Of a DNA stretch of 64,000 bases, positions 21,269 through 29,218 are shown one piece after another. The DNA lies in assembly GCA_963675755.2 (NCBI GenBank), contig CAXXMD010000003.1, forward strand, positions 3,360,001 to 3,424,000, written 5' to 3'. The DNA comes from a bacterium (lineage in GTDB: Bacteria; Zhuqueibacterota; Zhuqueibacteria; Residuimicrobiales; Krinioviventaceae). The notes under the pieces are model-generated. The model saw only the letters and a list, made by a program, of their open reading frames with translations. It had not been told where the DNA came from and searched no databases. Both the position numbers and the translations under genes were made by a program. Each line of letters begins with the position of its first letter. The stretch's first letter is position 1.

Positions 21269-22090
21269 ATGCCGGAATTACCCGAAGTTGAAACGATTCG
21301 CAAGGGATTGGAACCTGTTATTTATGGCAGCCGCATTCAGAGTATTGATGTGCACGATACCCGTTTGCGCTGGCCCGTGGATGTGGACGCTCTCGATTCG
21401 TTGGTACAGGGAGAAATGATTGTGGCGGTTGACCGCCGCTCCAAGTATTTGATCTGGCAGCTCTCGAATGACGCGCATGTGGTAATCCATTTGGGGATGA
21501 GCGGCAGGCTGGGCGCTTTTAAAGCGGATGAGCCGCTTGAAAAGCATACGCATCTGGTGTTTCATTTGGACGAGATTGAGGTGCGGTACCGGGATCCTCG
21601 TCGTTTCGGCATGGTAGAGGTGGTGGAACCGGGTGGACTGCAATCATATGTCCGGTTTGCTCATTTGGGACCCGAGCCATTATCCGATCAATTTAACGCA
21701 AACTATATAGCTGAAGCGCTGAAAGGCAAGAAATCCCTGATCAAAACCGCGATCATGGACGCCCGGCTGGTAGTAGGTGTGGGGAACATTTACGCCAACG
21801 AAGCGCTGTTTGGCGCGGGCATTCATCCGCAGCGACCAGCGGGGAGCTTGTCCCGAGATGAGGCAGAGCGGCTGGTGAAATCCATCAAAGACGTATTGAC
21901 CGATGCCCTGCACCGCGGCGGCACCACGCTGAACGACTATCGAAATGCACTTGGGGAAACCGGATTCTTTCAGCAGTATTTGTACGTCTATCAACGTGAT
22001 GGAGAGCCGTGTCTCAACTGCGGCAATCCCGTTGAAAAAGTCGTGCTCACGGGACGGAGCACGTTTTTTTGCCCGGGGTGCCAGGGGTAG
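21269..22090 (+). CDS. mutM: Formamidopyrimidine-DNA glycosylase
   Basis: MPELPEVET, HLGMSG, DPRRFG, GVGNIYANE, C-terminal C4 zinc finger (CLNC...CPGC). Confidence 0.97.
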   Translation: MPELPEVETIRKGLEPVIYGSRIQSIDVHDTRLRWPVDVDALDSLVQGEMIVAVDRRSKYLIWQLSNDAHVVIHLGMSGRLGAFKADEPLEKHTHLVFHLDEIEVRYRDPRRFGMVEVVEPGGLQSYVRFAHLGPEPLSDQFNANYIAEALKGKKSLIKTAIMDARLVVGVGNIYANEALFGAGIHPQRPAGSLSRDEAERLVKSIKDVLTDALHRGGTTLNDYRNALGETGFFQQYLYVYQRDGEPCLNCGNPVEKVVLTGRSTFFCPGCQG

Positions 22091-22241
22091 AATTTTCTTG
22101 CTTTTTGAATGGGGATTCGGTTTATTATATTATCCAATGATTATTGATATGGGGATATCGGGGTGGTTAATAGTTTGTTTTAAAAAAAATATTTTTTATA
22201 AAATAAACTTTTTCAGCCATCAACAATATAATAGAGGGAAT

Positions 22242-23102
22242 ATGAAATGTTTTAATTTATTTTACATTCTGTTTGCATTCAGTACTGTTATTTACTCCCA
22301 AGATATTCCATTAACAAGTGATACCAATATTCCTGTTTCTACTAGTATTTTACTTGATGCGGTTGGTGAAACAGGAAGAACTGCTGTGAATTCAGTATTT
22401 ATGATTGTTGGGCAGAAAACAAATAAAAAGGGGACTGGTTTTCTTATCAAAACTGGACATATAATTACGAATGAACATGTAATTAGGGGTAATAATTGTG
22501 ATGAGATTATTGCTCAATCATCCTTTGGAAAAAGAATTAGATTTAAAAAATTAATTTATGATTCTAATAGGGATATTGCACTATTGGAACCTCAAAACAA
22601 AATAATTGGCGGACTTGAATTAGGTTCGAATGATAGTTTATTAACTGGAATGTCATTAGCCACATGGGGATTTCCATTGGGATACAATGGCCCAACCCCT
22701 TTATTATCAGTAGGATATTTGTCGGGATTTAAATCATATTTTGCTGATATCAATAAAACTCAAATAGTTAATCATTTAATAGTTAATGGTGCATTTAACC
22801 CTGGTAATTCAGGAGGTCCTTTATTAATTTCAAATACCAATAAAGTAATTGGTATCGTTGTAAGCAAACATGCTCCAATTAGTGATTTTCATATTTCAGC
22901 ACTTGAGGCACTATCAAATAATAAATCGGGTATAACCTTCCAATATACTACAAGTAATGGCGAGAAAGGTCTTATGGTCGAGTCACAAATAGTGGCAGAT
23001 TTACTCTTTTATTTTAGAGATTTAACTCAAGTTATGATTGGTGAAGCAATATCAATTAATGAATTGTATAGTTTTTTAAAGGAAAATAATATTAATTTTT
23101 AA
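22242..23102 (+). CDS. Secreted trypsin-like (S1) serine protease
   Basis: Signal peptide from MKCFN (RBS AGAGGG), GTGF, TNEHV (His), DIALL (Asp), GNSGGP (Ser). The ORF-track extension upstream overlaps mutM and is rejected. Confidence 0.85.
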   Translation: MKCFNLFYILFAFSTVIYSQDIPLTSDTNIPVSTSILLDAVGETGRTAVNSVFMIVGQKTNKKGTGFLIKTGHIITNEHVIRGNNCDEIIAQSSFGKRIRFKKLIYDSNRDIALLEPQNKIIGGLELGSNDSLLTGMSLATWGFPLGYNGPTPLLSVGYLSGFKSYFADINKTQIVNHLIVNGAFNPGNSGGPLLISNTNKVIGIVVSKHAPISDFHISALEALSNNKSGITFQYTTSNGEKGLMVESQIVADLLFYFRDLTQVMIGEAISINELYSFLKENNINF

Positions 23103-23278
23103 TCTGTTACTTGAAACACAATAACCATATTGCTATTATATGATGAATTTATTAATTGCTAATGCTATTGTTCTATAGAATTACTTTGGCCGAAACTGAA
23201 AACATAAATTTTGTTTGTGGTAAATTAACAGATCCAAAAAAATAACTTAAATAAATGGATTAATCTTAAGGGAATTAA

Positions 23279-23767
23279 ATGAGCGATAATATAATCACAG
23301 GTTTTTTCACTATTGGAGGAATTTTTATTGGTTCACTTCTCACATGGTTAATTAACTATTTCAAGGATAAACGTGATCGAAAAGATCGATACTTTTTTGC
23401 ATTACTTGATAAAAGATTTGATATATATCAACAAGCATATTTACATGTAGAATATTTAAAATATGCATTGCACAAAGATCAAAAAATTAGATTAGATGCA
23501 GTAAAAAAAATGAAAATTTGGCATGATAACTACAATCTTTATTTAGAGCCAAAACTAAGAAAAGATTGCAAACAAATTATTTACAAATTTAATATATATC
23601 CTACACTTGCCCAAAAATATAAAGATTTGGAGGAAACAAAAGGCTGGGATCATGAGGATACGCAAAAAGAATTCGAAAAATTTGAGGCGGCATTTTTGGA
23701 GATTTCTGAAGGTCTGCAAAGTAAAATAATGGATGAGATTGATATTTATTTTAAATTCATCAACTAA
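23279..23767 (+). CDS. Hypothetical protein with a single N-terminal TM helix
   Basis: 162-aa AT-rich ORF, RBS AAGGGA, TM followed by a charged helical region. Confidence 0.7.
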   Translation: MSDNIITGFFTIGGIFIGSLLTWLINYFKDKRDRKDRYFFALLDKRFDIYQQAYLHVEYLKYALHKDQKIRLDAVKKMKIWHDNYNLYLEPKLRKDCKQIIYKFNIYPTLAQKYKDLEETKGWDHEDTQKEFEKFEAAFLEISEGLQSKIMDEIDIYFKFIN

Positions 23768-23831
23768 TTTAAATATCGGTAAACAATTAATAATATTATT
23801 ATTTATTTATCAGCTTATAAAAGTCCGTAGT

Positions 23832-23978
23832 CCGTAGCCCGGTCCTCATGTCCTGGGCAGTAGAGGGAAAAATCTCATATACGCGCATCGGAGAACGCTA
23901 CACTTATCTCCGATGCGATCGTTCAGGGGTGAGTGTCAGGCTGCAATTTACCAGGCACATACGAGATGTCTGGTAACT
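23832..23978 (+). repeat. Composite palindromic repeat, copy A
   Basis: GTAGCCCGG..CTGGGC-TAGAGGGAAAAATC / GCATCGGAGA..TCTCCGATGC / GATCGTTCAGGGGTGAGTGTCAGG / TTACCAGGCA..TGTCTGGTAA. Confidence 0.85.
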
Positions 23979-24035
23979 ATTTGAATCATTAGAATGATAA
24001 TAAATTATACTACTTGAGAATCAGACAGGTCCGTA

Positions 24036-24725
24036 ATGATAGAGTTCACTAATCCATTAGAAGAATTGATTTATACAGCAAAGGTGAATGATGCTTTATG
24101 GGATTTACAGAATGAAAATGAATTTTCTGATATACAAATTTATGATCAATTCCTGACAAAATTACCTGTAGATGCAGAAATTGATGAATTCCCTAAAGAA
24201 AATGGGATTATAATTTATCCAGATATAGAAACTGCAGGAATTGCTGGTTTGTTTATAGAAATTAATAAACTGGCACATTGTAAAGTGATTTTCAGTAATG
24301 AGCTAGCCTATGAAATCCGTGGATTAGATGCAATTGCGCAAAATAGTAAATCCCATAAATTGCTTTTTTGCGAAGCAAAAGGTACAATGCGTCCCTTAAA
24401 ATCTCCGATTTCTTATTTACGTAAAACAAAAAATAAGGGACGACAATTGTCTTGGGAATGGTGCTGGAACAGTTTGTGCGAGTTTGCCGAATTCCCTGTA
24501 ACTGCTAATGCGTTTTTACATGTTGTTGGCCCATTTGTGCGTAATGTTGATATTGAACGATTACTTGTTATAACTTTATGCTTCAAGCATAAAGCTGGTT
24601 ATTCAATTGACAAGAGTGTGTTATTTTATGAAGTTGATCTAGATCATTATGAGTGGTTAAAGCAGAAAGCGATTTTTTCTGATTTGGAGAAATGGAAAAG
24701 TCAACTAGATGAACTTACATTGTAG
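24036..24725 (+). CDS. Hypothetical protein with PD-(D/E)xK nuclease-like motifs
   Basis: GLDAI...CEAKG...GRQLSWEW pattern; flanked on both sides by the composite repeat. Confidence 0.55.
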   Translation: MIEFTNPLEELIYTAKVNDALWDLQNENEFSDIQIYDQFLTKLPVDAEIDEFPKENGIIIYPDIETAGIAGLFIEINKLAHCKVIFSNELAYEIRGLDAIAQNSKSHKLLFCEAKGTMRPLKSPISYLRKTKNKGRQLSWEWCWNSLCEFAEFPVTANAFLHVVGPFVRNVDIERLLVITLCFKHKAGYSIDKSVLFYEVDLDHYEWLKQKAIFSDLEKWKSQLDELTL

Positions 24726-24869
24726 CTTGAGCCTCTTAATCGGGCTGTAGAGGATGCCACTAACAAATTGTCTGCGCATCGGAGAACGTTACACTTATCT
24801 CCGATGCGATCGTTCAGGGGTGAATGTCAGGTTTTGTTTTGCAAGGCAGATATGAGATTTCTGGCAAAT
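24722..24869 (+). repeat. Composite palindromic repeat, copy B
   Basis: GCGCATCGGAGAACGTTACACTTATCTCCGATGCGATCGTTCAGGGGTGAATGTCAGG is near-identical to copy A; flanking modules are degenerate. Confidence 0.85.
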
Positions 24870-25122
24870 GTCAAAAAGAATAGAGATTTTCTTAATGGAG
24901 CATACTAACAAATATACTCCGGCCGAAACTCCTGTTTCGGTCGGAACTGAAAACATAAACTCTGTTTATGAAAAATTAAAGAGAATAGCCTGGTTGTTTA
25001 CCAATAATTGGATAAACAGAGTTTATCCATGTCATTTGTGTCCAAAACCGGACAGACTGTGTGAAAATGAATTAAATTTCAAACAAATTAAATTATATTT
25101 ATAAGCAAAATTTAAAAAAGAC

Positions 25123-25294
25123 GTGGAGTGCATTACCTTTATGTAATGCGGGCCGTCGGAGACGGCCTCTACTTAACTCTATTTGCATAAGAATATTGAA
25201 CTTACATCACAATAATAAATCTGAAATATTTGAAAAGCAGGCGGGTTTAAATCGAACCTTCGGCCCGACGCATCGCATAAACGCGATGCACTCC
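25123..25294. repeat. Inverted pair of GGAGTGC-headed REP-like hairpins
   Basis: GGAGTGCATTACCTTTATGTAATGC (25125-25149, +) and GGAGTGCATCGCGTTTATGCGATGC (25294-25270, -). Confidence 0.7.
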
Positions 25295-25400
25295 AAAAAC
25301 ATAACAATTTTTCTTGTTTTTACACAACCTGCGCAGTTTTGGACACAGAAATACAAGTACAATGTATGTAGCCCGGTAGGCATTATGTTAAAAAGAAAAC

Positions 25401-25556
25401 CCATAGCCCGGACCTTGAGTCCAGGGCTGTAGAGGGAAAAATCTCAGACTACAAACTGTAAACGCATCGGAGAACGTTACACTTATCTCTGATGCGATCG
25501 TTTAGGGGTGAGTGTCAGGCTGCACTTTGCCAGGCACTTTTAAAGTGCAGTCTAAT
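25401..25556 (+). repeat. Composite palindromic repeat, copy C
   Basis: CCATAGCCCGGACC..TCCAGGGCTGTAGAGGGAAAAATCTCA..CGCATCGGAGAACGTTACACTTATCTCTGATGCGATCGTTTAGGGGTGAGTGTCAGGCTGCA..CCAGGCAC. Confidence 0.85.
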
Positions 25557-25606
25557 GTAATATACTTTTCTATTTCAAGTGATTGCGAAACACAGTTTCG
25601 AATAAA

Positions 25607-25666
25607 ATGTCCAATCCAAGTCAAACTTGGATTGGAGTATTATTGGTATATAAGGATTATCACTAA
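25607..25666 (+). pseudogene. Vestigial 3' end of a HigB-like toxin gene
   Basis: Reads ...GVLLVYKDYH-stop with a TAATG overlap into higA. DYH-stop is the typical HigB C-terminus. Confidence 0.5.
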
Positions 25667-25932
25667 TGAATATGCACAATCCACCGCATCCGGGAGAGTT
25701 TATTGACGAGGTTTATTTAAAGCCGAATAATCTCAGCATCCGGTATCTGGCGGCAAAGCTGAATGTATCCCCATCCATATTCAGCCGTTTGATCAAGGGG
25801 CAGAGCAATGTCAGTTCTGACATGGCCCTGCGGTTATCTAAAACACTGGGCAGGAGCGCAGAGAGTTGGCTGATCATGCAGAACCATTACAATCTCTGGA
25901 AGGCTCGTCAGCAGGTCAACCTCAAGGAGTGA
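25666..25932 (+). CDS. higA: HigA-family antitoxin (Xre HTH)
   Basis: MHNPPHPGEFI, LAAKLNVS, MALRLSKTLGRSAESWLIMQNHYNLW. Confidence 0.9.
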   Translation: MNMHNPPHPGEFIDEVYLKPNNLSIRYLAAKLNVSPSIFSRLIKGQSNVSSDMALRLSKTLGRSAESWLIMQNHYNLWKARQQVNLKE

Positions 25933-25967
25933 AAGATTTTGTATGGAAAAAGAAATAATAAAAAGTA

Positions 25968-25996
25968 TTGACATTGTGCGCACAAAATGGTAGATT
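25968..25996 (+). promoter_or_regulatory. TA promoter with internal palindromic operator
   Basis: TTGACA(25968)-17 nt-TAGATT(25991) with a TG extension; perfect palindrome TTGTGCGCACAA (25974-25985) in the spacer. Confidence 0.6.
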
Positions 25997-25999
25997 TCT

Positions 26000-26278
26000 A
26001 TGGAATTTGACTACAGTCTTGAAAAGAATGAATTGTTGTTATATAAAAGAGGTATTAATTTTTTTGATGTAATCGAGGCAATAAACGATAAAGGAATATT
26101 ACTTGATTTTAAGCATCCCAATGTGAGTAAATATCCGAATCAAAGGATTATGGTAGTTAATATAAATGATTATACGTGGTGTGTACCCTATATTAAAAAA
26201 GGAGAAACATTTTTCTTAAAAACTGTTTTTCCGGCAAGACGTTTCAAGTATTTAATTAAGGATTTTGATAATGAGTGA
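26000..26278 (+). CDS. BrnT-like type II toxin
   Basis: 92 aa; EKN..L..KRGINF, HPN..KYPNQ, VPY, FLKTVFPAR pattern; overlaps the downstream antitoxin. Confidence 0.72.
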   Translation: MEFDYSLEKNELLLYKRGINFFDVIEAINDKGILLDFKHPNVSKYPNQRIMVVNINDYTWCVPYIKKGETFFLKTVFPARRFKYLIKDFDNE

Positions 26279-26552
26279 CAATATATATCTGGATGATGAA
26301 GAACGGGATCTTGAAGAAGCCATTAATAAAATGGATATTTCCGATCTCAAAAGACCATCTAAAAAAGTCCAGGAACAGTTTAAAGCTGCTGCAAAAAAGC
26401 ATTTGCAAAATAGTACAAAGATGAATATCAGGATTGATCCTGACGAGTTGGAAAAGATTAAAAAAGCAGCCGCACAGCAGGGATTAAAATATCAAACTTT
26501 TGTGAAAAGTGTTTTGCATAAATATATAACCGGACAATTGGTAGAAAAGTAA
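26271..26552 (+). CDS. CopG/RHH-type antitoxin
   Basis: LDDEERDL..., MNIRI...LEKIK..A...GLKYQTFVKSVLHKY ribbon-helix-helix. Confidence 0.78.
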   Translation: MSDNIYLDDEERDLEEAINKMDISDLKRPSKKVQEQFKAAAKKHLQNSTKMNIRIDPDELEKIKKAAAQQGLKYQTFVKSVLHKYITGQLVEK

Positions 26553-26610
26553 GAGAATAGATTACAAACTTGCTTTTGTTACTCCATCAAACTTTTAGAT
26601 GACTAATAAT

Positions 26611-26733
26611 CCATAGCCCGGACCTCGTGTCCGGGGTTGTAGAGGGAAAAATCCCGGATATAAAGTCCGGGCTACCTGGTAATTGCAATTTTATGTATCG
26701 GAGATCGCTTCGCTTATCTCCGATATGACCGTT
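26611..26733 (+). repeat. Composite palindromic repeat, copy D (with a full inverted REP-like doublet)
   Basis: CATAGCCCGGACC..TCCGGG..TAGAGGGAAAAATCCCGGATATAAAGTCCGGGCTAC, then ATCGGAGATCGCTTCGCTTATCTCCGAT. Confidence 0.8.
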
Positions 26734-26883
26734 ATTTTTATCATTCATCCATACAACAGGCCTGCTTTTACACGGAAATAACCATTGTACTTTTACCTAC
26801 AATCCCTTATTTTCAAATATCGGAAATTATAAATCGCTACAAATAAAATTGTTGACTGCTTATGAAAAAGGGAGTGGAATAAT

Positions 26884-28197
26884 ATGATATCCAGAAGGCA
26901 GTTTCTATCAAAAAGTGCATGTGCAATGGCAGGCAGTCTGACATTGGCATCTGTTGCCAGGGCTAAGACAAAGCGTCCCAATGTTGTATTGATATTAACA
27001 GACGATCAGGGGAGTGTGGATGTAAATTGTTACGGTGCCAAAGACCTCATTACCCCCAATATGGATGATTTGGCAAAACGTGGTACACGATTTACCCAGT
27101 ATTATGCCAACTCTTGTATTTGTTCTCCGTCTCGGGCGGCATTACTGACCGGACGGTTCCCGCATCGGGCGCAGTTACCGGGAAATGCAAGTAAAGGCAA
27201 AGGAATGCCAGCGTCACAATTTACAATGGCGGAAATGTTTAAAGAAAACGGATATAAAACTGCTATTTTTGGCAAATGGCATTTGGGGACCTCCTTACCC
27301 ATTAGTCCCAATGAACAAGGATTTGACGAGTTTTTAGGACACAAAGAAGGGTGTATTGACAATTATTCTCATTTCTTTTATTGGAACGGGCCTAATCGAC
27401 ATGATTTGTGGGACAATGAGACCGAGACCTGGGAAAGTGGAACCTATTTTCCGGATATCTGTGTACGTGAAGCAAAGCGCTTTTTGGAAGAGAATAAAGA
27501 TAATCCTTTTTTTCTGTATTTACCTTTTAATTTGCCGCATTATCCTTTACAGGCCCAGCGAAAATTTGTTGAAATGTATGATCATATTACGGATCCAAAG
27601 CGTAAACGGTATGCCGCATTTGTTTCTGTTGTGGATGACCGGATAGGTCAGGTGATGGCAAAACTGGATGAACTGGGTTTACGAGAGAATACTATCGTAA
27701 TATTTTTCAGCGATCAAGGACATTCAGTAGAAGAACGCACCTTTGGAGGTGGCGGCAGTGCAGGACCGTACAGGGGACATAAACAGACCCTGTGGGAAGG
27801 AGGCGTTCGCGTACCCTGTATTGTATCATGGCCGGGCCACATACCACAACAGGAGGTCCGTGACCAACTGACCTGTGCCTTTGACTGGTTTCCAACCCTG
27901 GCGGATTATTGTGATATTCAACTCCCGGAACGGATTATAGATGGCAAGTCTATTCGAAAAATTATTGATTCAGACCATGCAAAATCCCCTCACGATGTTA
28001 TGCACTGGTGGAAAGGAGATATGTGGGCTGTTAGAAAAGGCTCCTGGAAGCTGGTTTATGACAAGGAACTATTCCTCAGTAATCTGGATGATGATATATC
28101 AGAATCCAATAATCTGGTTGATGAATATCCTGAAAAGTTAAAAGAGTTGAAACAGCTCCATGAGGAATGGGCTGAAAATGTTGGTAATCAATCTTGA
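26884..28197 (+). CDS. Tat-exported formylglycine-dependent (S1) sulfatase
   Basis: SRRQFL Tat motif, PNVVLILTDDQG, CSPSRAALLTGR, GKWHLG, SDQG, EGGVRVP. Confidence 0.93.
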   Translation: MISRRQFLSKSACAMAGSLTLASVARAKTKRPNVVLILTDDQGSVDVNCYGAKDLITPNMDDLAKRGTRFTQYYANSCICSPSRAALLTGRFPHRAQLPGNASKGKGMPASQFTMAEMFKENGYKTAIFGKWHLGTSLPISPNEQGFDEFLGHKEGCIDNYSHFFYWNGPNRHDLWDNETETWESGTYFPDICVREAKRFLEENKDNPFFLYLPFNLPHYPLQAQRKFVEMYDHITDPKRKRYAAFVSVVDDRIGQVMAKLDELGLRENTIVIFFSDQGHSVEERTFGGGGSAGPYRGHKQTLWEGGVRVPCIVSWPGHIPQQEVRDQLTCAFDWFPTLADYCDIQLPERIIDGKSIRKIIDSDHAKSPHDVMHWWKGDMWAVRKGSWKLVYDKELFLSNLDDDISESNNLVDEYPEKLKELKQLHEEWAENVGNQS

Positions 28198-28212
28198 AAA
28201 ATAGAGGATAGC

Positions 28213-29055
28213 ATGAAAAAAATATTATTATTTTGTTTACTGACTGTTTTACCCGTATTTGCTCAACAACAGACAATAGCCATTTGGCCGGGACTCGCGC
28301 CGGGTACGGAAAATCGTGAAAACCATGAAGAATGGAGAGGCAAAACCAATGTCTCCAAGGTTTATCAACCTGATCTGGCAGTCTTTTTGCCGGAGAATGC
28401 CCAAACCCCTTTACCTGCCATTCTTGTTTGTCCCGGTGGCGGATACCGCAATGTAGTGATCGAAAAAGAGGGATACAAGCTGGCCCGCTGGCTGAACGAA
28501 AACAATATTGCCGCGTTTGTGCTGAAATATCGTCTGGATCCCGATGAAGCGCTCGAGGATGCCCAACAGGCCATGCGAGTTATCCGGGCCAAAGCGGATG
28601 AATTTAATGTTGATGCAGATAAAATCGGGATTATGGGATTTTCAGCAGGTGGACATCTGGGTGGTAATCTTGCTACCCATTATCAGATTGTTACGGATGG
28701 AGTTGTAGACTCTACCAGCGCCAGACCGGATTTCTGGATAGGTGTGTATGGAGAGTATAATTCAATGTCTTCCCAATCCGATGAAAAATTCTTTTATGAA
28801 CGTGTGCATAAAAATTCTCCGCCGGTATTATTAATCCATGCCGCAAACGACAGCAAAGTGCCGGTTGCATTCAGTGTAGACATGTTTACCGCTTACCATC
28901 AACAGGGAGCACTGGCGGAATTGCATATCTATGAACAGGGAGAACACGGTTTTGCGCTTGAAACCAATCGCGGTAACGAGATCGCCAGTACCGTAAACAG
29001 CTGGTCTGATCGTTTACTGGAATGGTTAAAAGTCAGAGGGGTAATAGCGTTCTAA
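28213..29055 (+). CDS. Secreted alpha/beta-hydrolase (carbohydrate esterase-like)
   Basis: Signal peptide, CPGGGY, GFSAGG nucleophile motif, D..V, HGF. Confidence 0.85.
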   Translation: MKKILLFCLLTVLPVFAQQQTIAIWPGLAPGTENRENHEEWRGKTNVSKVYQPDLAVFLPENAQTPLPAILVCPGGGYRNVVIEKEGYKLARWLNENNIAAFVLKYRLDPDEALEDAQQAMRVIRAKADEFNVDADKIGIMGFSAGGHLGGNLATHYQIVTDGVVDSTSARPDFWIGVYGEYNSMSSQSDEKFFYERVHKNSPPVLLIHAANDSKVPVAFSVDMFTAYHQQGALAELHIYEQGEHGFALETNRGNEIASTVNSWSDRLLEWLKVRGVIAF

Positions 29056-29077
29056 ACATTATCTCGGTATAAATATC

Positions 29078-29115
29078 AAGGCACCAGCTGCAAAATAGTT
29101 TCTGGTGCCTTTTTT
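29078..29115 (+). terminator. Intrinsic terminator
   Basis: AAGGCACCAG...CTGGTGCCTT followed by a T-run, after the esterase gene. Confidence 0.75.
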
Positions 29116-29218
29116 GTTTTAAATGGATCAGAGTTTTATTAATTATTATTTATCTCTTCTTGATATTCAATTCTCAGGTTGCTATATTGCAATGAATTCA
29201 ATTAATATGATATCTATT

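Noticed and set aside
4648-22090. polA and mutM as a split ancestral operon
   Set aside because: They are 14 kb apart with no insertion scars; proximity alone is not evidence.
21945-22241. N-terminal extension of the protease ORF overlapping mutM
   Set aside because: The RBS and signal peptide point to ATG 22242; the extension is chance open frame.
24868-25706. Short ORFs 24868-25104, 25196-25432, 25207-25404 and 25512-25706
   Set aside because: They run across palindromic repeats and lack recognisable motifs or an RBS.
23832-26733. CRISPR array or integron attC array
   Set aside because: The units are long, irregularly spaced and separated by whole genes. No cas or intI gene, and no convincing paired RYYYAAC/GTTRRRY cores.
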